A DNA stretch of 63,623 nt, the filler included, from Octopus bimaculoides (Eukaryota): the NCBI RefSeq assembly GCF_001194135.2. It is 5 parts of 5 records of this genome, joined end to end, with 100 filler letters (N's around TTAATTAATTAA, not from the genome) between each part and the next. Parts side by side here need not be neighbours in the genome. Positions count along the whole stretch, not along the records: positions 15,866 to 32,219 come from NC_068996.1; positions 32,320 to 47,453 come from NC_068982.1; 3 more parts are not named here. One strand, given 5' to 3'. Within the stretch, counting starts at the first letter, position 1, and every line of letters begins with the position of its first letter. Both the position numbers and the translations under genes were made by a program. The notes under the pieces are model-generated. The model was not told the origin of the DNA. It ran no database searches and saw nothing but the letters and a program-made list of their open reading frames with translations. Shown here one piece after another: positions 27,997 to 39,975 of the stretch.

Positions 27997-28760
27997 GTGC
28001 ATGTGCAGGCGTACATGCCCACGTGTGTTTCTGGTAAAGGCGGGGAGAAGGAGAGTAACAGACGGTGGAGTTAAGTTGGGTATTTTCCTGGGTTGTGTAT
28101 TTTGTTTCTGTCCTTGTTTGTCGTTGATACTGTTGCTGGTCTTACTGTCGCAACCGTTGTCGGTGTCCGTGCTGCTATTGTCGTCCCTGTTCCTTTCGCT
28201 GATGTCGCTGCTGATATTACGGCTTTACGCTGGTGCTGGGACAACGGCGTCAGTAGTAGAGCGGCCTCTTCGCTCCCACTTTTTAATTAAAGACAGAGAA
28301 CTTTGAATGGCCTTCCTTACAGCACAAAGGACATCTTGGCTTTCTGCCTTCAACTGGAACACGCAGATCTACTCCACTGAGCAGATTAATAAGGTCTGGG
28401 GTCTTTTCCACCTTCTCTTGTCTGGTCTGACCTGATGGAAGATCTCTATTGTGGTCCCATACAAAAATCCTTCTTCGTTCGTTTCACTTTTAGGAGTGTG
28501 TCACTTACTTCCAATGTAACACAAGCTAACAACCACCAAATACCCAACTCAAGTAGAACTCTACTGACGCAACAGGTCTTTTTTCGCTAAAAATGCTGGG
28601 TAAAAGGTGAGCTCCCTATCATCTATAGAAACTAAGGAGTGCTTCAGCGCGAGAACTTTGTTCTTGAACACGACCTCCATATCCACGAATTACCTTGCTG
28701 TGGTGACATGTTCAACATCTGATCATATTTCTTTCAGGTTTTGTTATACCTGAGCATGTA
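27180..28760 (-). mobile_element. L1/Tx1-clade LINE: ORF1 (gag-like zinc knuckle) plus ORF2 endonuclease C-terminus, split by a (TG)n tract
   Basis: 28750-28040: LELGIWWLLACVTLEVSD..PDLINLLSGVDLRVPVEGRKPRCPLCCKEGHSK (CX2CX4H). 27790-27180: YLDSVFC..VVGYTYHKIV..GPGYWKLNASFL..KHEGCIVRGR. Confidence 0.8.
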
Positions 28761-28992
28761 TTACTGTCTCTGGTGTCGGATTTCAATCAACATACAGTGA
28801 TACACCACCGCCCTCATGCGGTTACTGACAAAACTTCAGTTTGGATAGTAATTTGTTTATTCGCTTTCCCAAGCTATTTCTTATCTTAGAGAGAGCGAAT
28901 GGTACTTACGGAGATGATTTCGCAGCCATTCTAGCAAATGATTCTGTTGTTGCTGATCTTACTATTGCTGCTCGCGCTGCTGCTGTTGTTTT

Positions 28993-29039
<47 letters not shown>

Positions 29040-29069
29040 AAATATTTCCTTTCTCTCTGACTACACGAA

Positions 29070-29146
29070 ACTCAACCACATGATTCCGGGTTCAGTCCCA
29101 CTGCATGGCTCCTTATATTTGTGTGTGAGTGTCTGTGTTTCCCACC

Positions 29147-29177
<31 letters not shown>

Positions 29178-29365
29178 CCATCACTTGACAAACGATGTTG
29201 GGGTGTTTATGTCCCCGTAACTTAGCAGTTCGGCTAAAAAGACGGATAGATTAAGTACTAGGCTTACAAAGAATAAGTCATGGGGTCGATTTGTTCGACT
29301 AAAGGCGGTGCTCCAGCATGGCCGCAGTCAAATCACTGAAACAAGTGAAATAATAAAAGAATACC
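29070..29365 (+). mobile_element. Family A SINE (internally deleted)
   Basis: B-box GGGTTCAGTCCC and complete 3' module ending GAAACAAGTGAAATAATAAAAGA. Confidence 0.85.
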
Positions 29366-30239
29366 TTTTGTTGCAAGAACACTACAGTTTTCTCTGGTCG
29401 GACACACAGACGATCGCCTTTAGAAAATTTAAAAACTTTAATATCTGCAATTTTCTGTGAATATTTAACCTTTCTTTCCTTCCTGACAACTCGAATACAT
29501 AAACATAGCCTTTATTGCAACAACACTATTAAACACTTGATAAAAATGAAGGAGATAAGAGCAGCTGCCAATATATATAAACTGCACAATTACGAAAACT
29601 GCAAACCACAGCAAAACCTATAAAAAGAAAAGAAAAATTCAACGTGTAAATATCAGTATATGTATTATTTTTTCTATCAGTAACTAAAACAGAACAAGGT
29701 GATTTGGTTTTTTCCAAGGCTAAGGTCAGCGCTCTCATTGATCGCTGTAATAGTAAACACATTGACCCCTGCTGACCGCAAGTCTCTGATGCTTCTTTTG
29801 TTTCCTGATGGCACAGGAATGCAAAGCCCCATTGTTGATCTCTTTCTCGACATCTACCGAACTTATTTACAAGCTTGTGGGATTTGGCTGTCTATTCACC
29901 AAGCTGCTTCTTCTCCCTCCTACTATCCCCGCAACCCTCACGTATTTATGATTATCTTAAGTACAAGACAAAAGTCGAAACTAAACAACATTCGATAATA
30001 CCAAACTGTAGCAGGAGCAAATATGGCAGATTTAAATAAATAACGGTTATACTGTCTCCATGGCTACAAAGGATAGCCACAACGATACAGGTCAAAGCAC
30101 TATTGGAGGTACCTAACGACGGGCAATGCTGTAATAGTAAGGTTAAGGTAACTGTAACGGTATTAATGGAGGAGTTGACAACAGTGGCAGAGACAACAAC
30201 CGTCTCTACATCTGCCACACAAGGATCAATACTAATAAT

Positions 30240-31979
30240 TTTAATGTAGCACAAATAAGTCTCATGAAACAAAAATGAAAGATATAACAGTACGCCATGT
30301 TGTTTGTCCTGTGGTTAACTTGGAAGCCTGTTCCCCGGCAGAGAGCCAGCCTGGAGTCGAAAAGTCATCCACTGGCACAAACAACTCTTTTCTGAATACG
30401 AACCCGGATAGTCACTTGAACGGGAACTGCCCCAACTCGAGCCCTCCAAGTTCACTACCACACTCACCACAGAAAGAAAGATATAAGAGGATCAAATGGA
30501 CTCGAGAAGAGTACACAGAAATAATATACGCTTATCGCTATGCATTAGTCGGGCCATCTGAAGAGAAACACACCACACAGTTTTATCAAATATGGAGAAC
30601 ACGAAATCAAGACAGCAGACTATATTTGGATGAAAACAAGTTAGCAATTGTTACAAGAAATATCTTCAGAAATAAGAGATTGACAGATAGTGAAATAACT
30701 GCGATCAAACATGCAGCGGAAAATGACCTAAATATAAGACAGAAAGGAAATGAAGAACCAGACTAAGAGAGCAACTCCCCATGTGTCTCAATTGAAAGAC
30801 TGCCATCTGACCAGAACACGCAAATGTCTGGAGAAATAAATTGTAATGACCTGATAAAGATAGCGAGGAAAGTGGTAAAGAAACGAAATTTGAATAATAC
30901 TAGCTATAAATTTTTTAGCAGTTCCTGTTGTTATTTACAGTTACAATGTGTTGAACTGGAATATGCTCGAAATAAGAAAGATTGACGGGAAAATGTATAA
31001 TCTGCTGACTTGCAATAAGATGCACCACCCAAAAGCAGACACAGATCGTCTTTTCCTTTCCAAAGTTCAAGAAGGTCGAGGCTTGATCCAAGTTGAAATC
31101 TCTTACAAAACCACCAGAACAGGATTGGCAAAATATCTTGAAACATCTAACGACTAGATGCTAAAGCTTGTTGAAAACCACAAGAGACGTGAGAAACTTA
31201 TGAAGGAGGGCCAAAAATTTGTTAGCGAGTTCATGTATAACCCAGGTTGAACAGCATAATGGAAGTGCGGCAACTCTAATTGCAAAGGAAGTGAAATCAA
31301 TAGCAAAGCAAAAGGCGTTTGAACAATTGGCTGATAGGTGGGAACAAAAACCTCTGCATGGCAAATAAGAGGTCCGTAGCATACAAGCTGATGTAGACCA
31401 GAAGCATACCCATCAGTGGCTTCGGAGCTTAGGACTAAAGGCAGAGAGTGAAAGCTTTATCTTAGCTACTCAAGATCAGAGCTTATTGACCCGGATCTAT
31501 CACGCCAATGTGATAAAAAATGGAGTAGACCCAAAGTGCTGATACTACAACGACGGGATTAAAACAGTAGACTACCTACCTAATCTCTGAGTGTAAGGTT
31601 TTACCAACTGCAGAGTATAAATCAAGACAAGACAAAGTTGGCCAATATCTATACTGGATAATATGTCGGCATTATAAAATCAAAACTGCAGACAAATGGT
31701 ACAAGCACTACCCTGAGGCTGTAACTGAGGGAGAAAATGTAACGATTCTTTGGGATTTTCCTGTATGAACAGACCGGACCATCAAAACTAATAAACCAGA
31801 TATTGTTGTGAAAGACAAAGACGATAAAGTCTGTTTATTAGTTGATATGAACATACTTTGTGATCATAATATTCCGGCAAAAGAATTTGATAAACTCAGA
31901 AGATATAAAGATTTGCTAATCTTAATCGTAAAGATGTGGCCTCTCAATATGGAAACAATAATACCAGGAGAAGCACTTC

Positions 31980-31980
<1 letters not shown>
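30240..31980 (+). mobile_element. Dong/R4-clade non-LTR retrotransposon, N-terminus fused to C-terminus (RT core missing)
   Basis: KRIKWTREEYTEIIYAY..KRLTDSEITAIK (R4/Dong N-term), then HPKADTDRLFL..GRGLIQ, QDQSLLTRIY, CCHC remnant, ILWDF..NKPDIVVKDKDDKVCLLVDM (restriction-like endonuclease PD..D motif). Confidence 0.85.

Positions 31981-32046
<66 letters not shown>
31981..32046 (+). repeat. (AAT)n microsatellite
   Basis: Direct reading. Confidence 0.95.
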
Positions 32047-32047
<1 letters not shown>

Positions 32048-32050
<3 letters not shown>

Positions 32051-32219
32051 CTATAGACCTATAACCTGTCTCCCTACGATCTACAAAGCCTTTACTGCAA
32101 TAATATCGCAGAGATTGAGTAAACACCTGGAAAATAACAACCTGTTTCCAGAAGAGCAGAAGGGATGCTGCAAGGGCTCATACGGCTGTAAAGATCAATT
32201 ATTGATCAATAAAGCCATA
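32048..32219 (+). mobile_element. Dong/R4 reverse transcriptase fragment (open frame, runs into scaffold join)
   Basis: NYRPITCLPTIYKAFTAIISQRLSKHLENNNLFPEEQKGCCKGSYGCKDQLLINKAI. Confidence 0.85.
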
Positions 32220-32569
32220 NNNNNNNNNNNNNNNNNNNNNNNNNNNNNNNNNNNNNNNNNNNNTTAATTAATTAANNNNNNNNNNNNNNNNNNNNNNNNN
32301 NNNNNNNNNNNNNNNNNNNGGAGAAAGAGAGAGAGGTGAAGAAGTCAGTGAGTGAATAATGGAAAAGTGAAGGCATAGAGGTGTTGGCGATAGAAGAAAT
32401 CGAAAGGAATTAAGAGAAGGGGATGAAAAAAATGTGGAGGGAGTGAAAATTGGGTTGTGGAAGAAGGGAACGTGGCAACGAAAGAGAAAAGAATAGTTGA
32501 AATGGAGGAAATTCAGAGAAACATGGTTGCAGTTGAGATTAACAGGTGAGCGGGGAGGGAGAGAAGAGA

Positions 32570-33365
32570 AGATGAGGCGGCAAGCTGGCCGAGTCGTTAG
32601 CATGCCGGGCATAATGCTTAGCAGCGTTTCGTGCATCTGTGCATTCTGAGTTCAAATTCAGCGAAGGTCGAATTTGCCTTTGATCCCTTTCGGGCGCGAT
32701 AGAATAAGTATCAGCTGAGCACTGGGGTCAAAGCAATCGACTCAGCACCTTTCCCGAAATTGCAGGCCTTGTGTCAAAATTTGAAACCAATTAGGGGGCT
32801 TGCTTTGCAACCACATGGTTTCCGGTTCAGTTCCTTTGCACGGCACCTTAGACGAATGCCTTCTACTAAGTGGAGTAACATGGACGCAAACTCTACTTTA
32901 TCTTCTCGTTAGGGATGGCCAGGTGAAGAAATGAAAAAAAAAAGTGTCGCTGTTATTGATTTCAAATTTTGGCACAAGGTCAGCAACATCGGGGGTGGGG
33001 TTTATATCGATTAGATCGATCTCAGCATTCAGCTGTTGTTTATTTTATCGACTGCGAAAGGCTGAAAAGTAAAGTCGATCTTCTTCGGTGGAATTTGAAC
33101 GTAAAGACGGACAAAATGACGCTAAGCATTTCATCCGGCGTGCTATCGTTTCTTTTCTACTCTAGGCACAAGGCCCGGAATTTTGGAGGAGGGTGCCAGT
33201 CGATTACATCGACCCAGGTACGCAACTGATGCTTAATTTACCGACCCCGAAAGGATGAAAAGCAAAGTCGACTTCGATGGAATTTGAACTCAGAACGTAA
33301 AGACAGACGAAATGCCGCTCAGAATTTTGCCTCACACATTTGCGATTCAGCCAAATCGCCGCCTT
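32570..33365. mobile_element. SINE cluster: family B (+, 32570-32795), family A head (+, 32795-32870), two tandem family B units (-, 32955-33365)
   Basis: Diagnostic blocks of each family. Confidence 0.8.
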
Positions 33366-33619
33366 AATCCGGCAACTGATATTAGGGGAATAGTTTCTCG
33401 TATTGTAATTCTAAGAACCACAGCGGTAAACCAAATGAACTGAAAGACAAGTGAAGACTTATAATTAAGCAATTTATACACATATCATTCTGGATGCGGT
33501 CAGGTTTCACAGAGACGGAAAGCAAGGAAATTAATTCATCGACATTTGTCTATTCGGGAGGAATTTAAGGGTCTCTGCGTCCAGAATAAGATCTATGTAA
33601 ATTATTTACCTATTCTATA

Positions 33620-33745
33620 GGTGCAGGTATGGCTGTGTGGTAAGAAGTTTGCTTCTCAATCACATGGTTTCGGGTTCACTCACACTGCGTGGCACATTGG
33701 GCTAGTGTCTTTTGTTCTAATCTTGGGTCAGCCAAAGCCTTGTGT
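33620..33745 (+). mobile_element. Family A SINE head
   Basis: GGTATGGCTGTGTGGTAAGAAGTTTGC..GGGTTCACTCACACTGCGTGGCACATTGGGC. Confidence 0.8.
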
Positions 33746-34194
33746 TATCTCCAACGATAAGTCTACTGTATTACTATTTAGTATTAGTTTTAACAACTAG
33801 TCGGAAGTTAATCACTTCCGGTTTGTATCTGGGATCGAGGTTATTTTGTTTTGGGATTTTTTGTGTCCATCTATATCTCGGAAAACCCGCTGCCATCCTG
33901 GAATATTCACCTTCTTTGGTTATTTCATGTTACTGTGGACGTGGCTTTGTACTTGTATGACCAATTATCTGCTGCTTCTAGAAAGATGAACCGACAAAGA
34001 TGTTTTTTTTCTTTGTACCGTACACTTGCCATACATTTGTTTATACACGCGGTACACCTGCACGATGTCACGTACGAGCAGAAAATAAATCGCGCCAAAA
34101 CATTTAAACCATTGTTCGCCTTTGTTTTCTCAGTGGTGATTGTAACCCCGCTCGCCTAGATTTCTACACGAAGTAGTGACACCTTTTCAGTGAA

Positions 34195-34445
34195 TATAGT
34201 TGACAGAAACTGAAAGAAGCCCATCGTAAATATGTATATGTGTGTGTGTGTGTCTCACCACTGCTTGAAAACCGGTGCTGGTATGTTTACGTTCCATTAT
34301 CTTAATAGTCCAGCAAAAAGAGACCGATAGAATTAGTACTGAGCTTAAAAAAAAAACGTACTGGGGTCGAATTATTCGACTAGAAATTCTTCAAGGCGGT
34401 GCCCCAGCATGGTCGCAGTCTAATGACTGAAACAAGTAAAAGATA
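34195..34445 (+). mobile_element. Family A SINE 3' two-thirds
   Basis: GAAACTGAAAGAAGCCC..GGCGGTGCCCCAGCATGGTCGCAGTCTAATGACTGAAACAAGTAAAAGA. Confidence 0.85.
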
Positions 34446-34839
34446 GGCCTCTGGCTTGTTTTTATAGCTCATTTTGTTTACTGCATTTATTAGAAGCAAT
34501 CCTCCTGAATCACATGGCCCTGATTGTACCCACATATATTTCTATATAATTACTGGCACAGTTTAACAACAACTGAGTGCTTTCCGTACATTTCGTACGG
34601 AGATTCATACTCAATGCATTTTTCGAATAACTTTTATCCATGCACCAAATACCTCTCTCTCTCTCTCTCTGTGAATAACGATCTCACAAACAGTCGTTCT
34701 TTCGTGGGAAAATGTTCAAGTGACACTGAATTTCATTCATTTATATCTTCATTCATTCACGTATTCGTTTCTTCAATCGATCATTTGCATAGCTTAAGTA
34801 AATAAATAATCAGGGTTACTTAATGTCTTTCTTTTATGT

Positions 34840-35240
34840 TTTACATGTTTTTAGTCATTAGGCTGTGGCCATGCTGGAGCCCCGCCCCGAAGAATTTTTA
34901 GTCCACAAGATCCACCCGAAGACTTTATACTTTTTTAAAAGCCTGGTAAACACACCAACCAACAATCGGCTGTCAATCGGTAGTGTGGAACAAACACAGT
35001 CATAAAGGCACGCACTCGGGGACCTCGGCGGAATTTGGACTTAGATTGTAAGGACAGACGAAATGTCGCTAATCATTTTGTGTGCGGCCTTCTTTCAGTT
35101 TCCGTTCAAGAAATCCACAAAGGTTTTGGTTGCCCCAAGGCTATAGTAGAAGATACTTGCCCAAGGTACCTCGCAATGACACCGAACCTGGAATCATACA
35201 TTTTAGAAGTACATCTCTTACCACACAGCTACGCCAGTGC
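34840..35240 (-). mobile_element. Degenerate family A SINE with an embedded family B fragment
   Basis: Family A tail at 34840-34950 and head at 35090-35240; GACCTCGGCGGAATTTG piece at ~35020-35075. Confidence 0.65.
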
Positions 35241-35379
35241 CCAATGTGTTTCTGTTACCATCTCCATAAGAGAACTTGTCAATTAAGCAGTGCCTTTATT
35301 ACTTACAGCGGTGAACTGCATCTACTGGTAGTAAATGTTGTACACTTCTACTAAACAGAACCAGCTGCCGCTGAGATTT

Positions 35380-36450
35380 ATCTTGACCAATAACATGCGA
35401 TTCTACATCATGGACGTTTGTTGCTGATACGACGAGAAAAGTGTGGACCTATTAAAGCTGCACTGTAGGGAAACGGGCTGTCATTTACAGGATTTGGACT
35501 CTATCAGAGACCCCAATCATCTTCAAGAACCATCACATATGCCTCAGCTAATTGAACTTGGTAGATAACACATGATTGGAGACATGCATTGTCTATTTTG
35601 TATTGATCTTCAGTATCAATATCTACAGTCTTCTTCGATGGAAGTTGGACTGGCTTTAAATTTGGTCCGATTTGACCTGTGACATACGATAGAGAATTGT
35701 AGCCTTTCGAATATCATCGTACACTGTAACTATTATACTCTCTTCGTTCCTGGGAAGAAATCTACATTCCTTCAAGGAAGAAACCTATCATAATTCTATA
35801 GACAAAGAAATCGTAACGCTATCTTTTTGTAAATTTTCTACACAAAAAAATGGAATTGGAACGGATGCTCATGTTTATGATAATGACCAATTTCATTTCA
35901 GTTCGTTTTGTATATATTCAGTTTACTTATAGAGGCGTTCATTAGCAATTGTTTTTTTCCCCGTTTCCACGATTTAGATGTATGCATAAGTGCTGAAACG
36001 AAATTTGCTTCGGGGATGCAAACAAAGGTACAATATTTTTTTCCCAAGAAAGATCGATTTTTTTTTTCAATTCTAAAAGAAGCATCAATCAAATCAGATT
36101 AATCCAATAACGGAAGAGTTAATGTTTCGAATCTGTCCAAAAATATTTCTATGTTCATTCGTTTTGGCGATTTTTTCAGAGATGTTCAAAGCGTTTTCGC
36201 TACCTTACCAAAGATTTGTACCCACTGCTTCCCTTGTTCCCGAGCCTATGAATGTATGGTCTCATTCCACTCGATGCAGTTTGTATCCCTAGATATATCT
36301 TTAGCATATGCCTGGTTTCCAAAGTTCGCTTAAGATTCATTATCACCAAAACATTTTGACCAGCATCGTCATTAATCGAGAATTGCGAAGACTATTTCGA
36401 AGTGATGAGGGTTTCTTTCTTCCCGAACAAGAAGTATTTAATCGTTGACA
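35380..36450 (-). pseudogene. Unidentified decayed coding-like segment
   Basis: One minus frame runs ~180 codons with about 3 stops (ANFGNQAYAKDISRD..EIFLDRFETLTLPLLD*SDLIDASFRIEKK..); family not recognised. Confidence 0.2.
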
Positions 36451-36477
36451 AGAAGTCCACAGAATAGACACAGAAGG

Positions 36478-36890
36478 GTCTGTGTGGTAGGAGGTTTGCT
36501 TCTTAACCTCATAGTTCCGGGTTCAATTCCACATTGGCACCTTCTAAAACAGCCTCGCGCAGACCAAAGCCTTGTGAGTAGATTTGGTAGACGGAAACTG
36601 AAAGAAGCCTGTTGTATGTGTGTATAAATATTATATATATATATGAGTATGTGTGTGTGTTCGTGTGCGTGTGTGTGTGAGTATGTGTCTATCTGTGTTT
36701 GTCCCCATTACCGCATGAGAATCTGTGTTGGTGTGTTTGCGTCCCCGTAACTTATCGGTTCGCCAAAAAAGGACCGAGAGAATAAGGAACAGGCTTAAAA
36801 ACAGTTCTGTGGTTGATTTATTCGATTAAAGCCCTTCAAAATAGTGCTCCAGCATGACCGTGGTCTAATGACGGAAACAAAGTAAAACAA
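36478..36890 (+). mobile_element. Family A SINE, near full length
   Basis: Head, central domain, internal (TG)n and tail all present. Confidence 0.85.
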
Positions 36891-36893
36891 AAG

Positions 36894-37353
36894 TTACATA
36901 CATACATATACACATACATATATACATACACATTCATACATACATACACACATAGACATGCATTCATACATATACATGCATACATACACACATACATAAA
37001 TACATACACACATACACACATATATATATATACATAAATACATACATACATTCATAGACACACATACACACGTACATACATACACACACACATTCATAAA
37101 TACATACATACACACACATACACACATATACATACGTACATTCACACACACACACACACATACATACATACATAGATACATTCACACACATACATATATA
37201 CATGAATCCACGCATACATATACACATACATACATGAATACACACATACATACATTCATAGACACACCGTTACACACATACATACATACATTCACACACA
37301 TACATACATGCATACATTCACACATACACACGTATATACATGCATACATTCAC
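36894..37353 (+). repeat. Complex (CATA/CA)n low-complexity tract
   Basis: Direct reading. Confidence 0.9.
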
Positions 37354-38212
37354 NNNNNNNNNNNNNNNNNNNNNNNNNNNNNNNNNNNNNNNNNNNNNNN
37401 NNNNNNNNNNNNNNNNNNNNNNNNNNNNNNNNNNNNNNNNNNNNNNNNNNNNNNNNNNNNNNNNNNNNNNNNNNNNNNNNNNNNNNNNNNNNNNNNNNNN
37501 NNNNNNNNNNNNNNNNNNNNNNNNNNNNNNNNNNNNNNNNNNNNNNNNNNNNNNNNNNNNNNNNNNNNNNNNNNNNNNNNNNNNNNNNNNNNNNNNNNNN
37601 NNNNNNNNNNNNNNNNNNNNNNNNNNNNNNNNNNNNNNNNNNNNNNNNNNNNNNNNNNNNNNNNNNNNNNNNNNNNNNNNNNNNNNNNNNNNNNNNNNNN
37701 NNNNNNNNNNNNNNNNNNNNNNNNNNNNNNNNNNNNNNNNNNNNNNNNNNNNNNNNNNNNNNNNNNNNNNNNNNNNNNNNNNNNNNNNNNNNNNNNNNNN
37801 NNNNNNNNNNNNNNNNNNNNNNNNNNNNNNNNNNNNNNNNNNNNNNNNNNNNNNNNNNNNNNNNNNNNNNNNNNNNNNNNNNNNNNNNNNNNNNNNNNNN
37901 NNNNNNNNNNNNNNNNNNNNNNNNNNNNNNNNNNNNNNNNNNNNNNNNNNNNNNNNNNNNNNNNNNNNNNNNNNNNNNNNNNNNNNNNNNNNNNNNNNNN
38001 NNNNNNNNNNNNNNNNNNNNNNNNNNNNNNNNNNNNNNNNNNNNNNNNNNNNNNNNNNNNNNNNNNNNNNNNNNNNNNNNNNNNNNNNNNNNNNNNNNNN
38101 NNNNNNNNNNNNNNNNNNNNNNNNNNNNNNNNNNNNNNNNNNNNNNNNNNNNNNNNNNNNNNNNNNNNNNNNNNNNNNNNNNNNNNNNNNNNNNNNNNNN
38201 NNNNNNNNNNNN

Positions 38213-38445
38213 TGTGTGTGTGTGTGTGTGTATGTTTGTGTGTCTGTGTTTGTCCCTCCACCGTCGCTTGACAACCGATGCTGGTATGTTTACGTCCCAG
38301 TAACCTAGCGGTTCGACGTAAGAGAACGATAGAATAAGTATTAAGCTTACAAAGAATAAGCCCTGGGATCGATTTGTTCGACTAAAAGTCAGTGCTCCAG
38401 CATGGCCGCAGTCAAATGACTGAAACAAACAAAAGAATAAAAGAA
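38213..38445 (+). mobile_element. Family A SINE 3' half
   Basis: CGCTTGACAACCGATGCTGG..GCTCCAGCATGGCCGCAGTCAAATGACTGAAAC. Confidence 0.85.
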
Positions 38446-39159
38446 TATACATACATACATGCTTAAAGACATGCACATTATGTATATAGATATATATATA
38501 CACATTTGTATGTATACATGTGTGCTCGCGCGTGTGTGTAGGTGTGTATGTATACATACAAATACATATATACACACACATACTCAGAGAGAGACTTTCG
38601 CATACATATATATGAGTGCCTACTCTGAAGACATTTACTCCGATCTCAACTAACAAGTAATAATTTTGTCTGTTAAAGGTTATGATCTACTTACAAAAGG
38701 GAATGTTTTAATTTCCTGTTTAACATGACACCGGAATAATGTATGTCTTCCTCATGTCTGAAAAGAAAAGCACCAGAAAGAACAATTAATATGTTATTAT
38801 TAACAAGTATAAAAATATAAACACAGCAATACATATAATTAGCTTACGTTGCCTGTTTTTATTATTATTATTATTATTATTATTTGAAATGTAGCTAGAC
38901 TAGTGTTAGCTTTTTACCCCTTCTTTATATAACGAGACCTTTCATTGTTGGAGGTGAAATGCCTGCGTCTCGACTGTATATCAATTCTCTGATCAGGCTA
39001 ATGACTACAAGGGCTAAAATATTGATTTAAGGATTGCATTTCACCCATTCAGAGTTTGGTCCGGTGTTTTCCAGAAATTGTTCCGAGGAGACCCAGGACT
39101 TAGTGAAAATATTCTGGTGTTCTGCAAAGTAAACGGTTGTCAATAAATAAATAAATTTA

Positions 39160-39590
39160 AGGTGGCGAGCTGGCAGAAACGTTAGCGCGCCGAGCGAAAT
39201 GCTGAGCGGTATTTTGTCTGTCTTTACGTTCTGAGTTCAAATTCCGCCGAGGTCGACTTTGCCTTTCATCCTTTCGGGGTCGATAAATTAAGTACCAGTT
39301 ACGCACAGGGGTCGATATAATCGACTTAATCCGTTTGTCTGTCCTTGTTTGTCCCCTCTATGTTTAGCCCCTTGTGGGCAATAAAGAAATAAGAAACGTT
39401 AGCATGCCGGGCGAAATGCCTAGCGGTATTTCGTCTGCCGTTACGTTCTGAGTTCAAATTTCGCCGAGGTCGACTTTGCCTTTCATCCTTTCGGGGTCGA
39501 TAAATTAAGTACCAGTTGCGTACTGGAGTCGATCTAATCGACTGGCCCTCCCCCAAAATTCCGGGCCTTGTACCTAGAGTAGAAGAGAAT
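39160..39590 (+). mobile_element. Well-preserved dimeric family B (Meta-domain-like) SINE with two different tails
   Basis: GGTGGCGAGCTGGCAGAAACGTTAGC..GACTTTGCCTTTCATCCTTTCGGGGTCGATAAATTAAGTACCAG twice; tail 1 ..GCCCCTTGTGGGCAATAAAG, tail 2 ..CCCCAAAATTCCGGGCCTTG. Confidence 0.9.
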
Positions 39591-39689
39591 AAATAAATAA
39601 ATAAATAAAATGTAATTAAAACATGATACTCACCATTTTCAAAATAATAACGTGTAATCTCTTTATAGGTGCAGGCGTGACTTTATTAA

Positions 39690-39975
39690 AAGCCTGGTAC
39701 TTATTCTATCAGTCTCTTTAGCCAAACCGCTAAGCTACAGATAGTCAAGCGGTGGTGGGAGACAAACACAGACACAAAGACACACACACACACACATATG
39801 TCTGTATGTGTATACATATATATATACAACGGGCTTCTTTCAGTTTCCGTCTACCAAATCCGTTCACAAGGCTTTGGTCAGCCTGAGGCTATGGCAAAAA
39901 ACACTTGCCCTAGGTATCACGCAGTGGGACCCAACTCGAAACTATAAAGCTGGTAAACAAACTTCTTATCGCACA
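39690..39975 (-). mobile_element. Family A SINE
   Basis: CTTCTTTCAGTTTCCGTCTACCAAATCC..CACGCAGTGGGAC. Confidence 0.8.
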
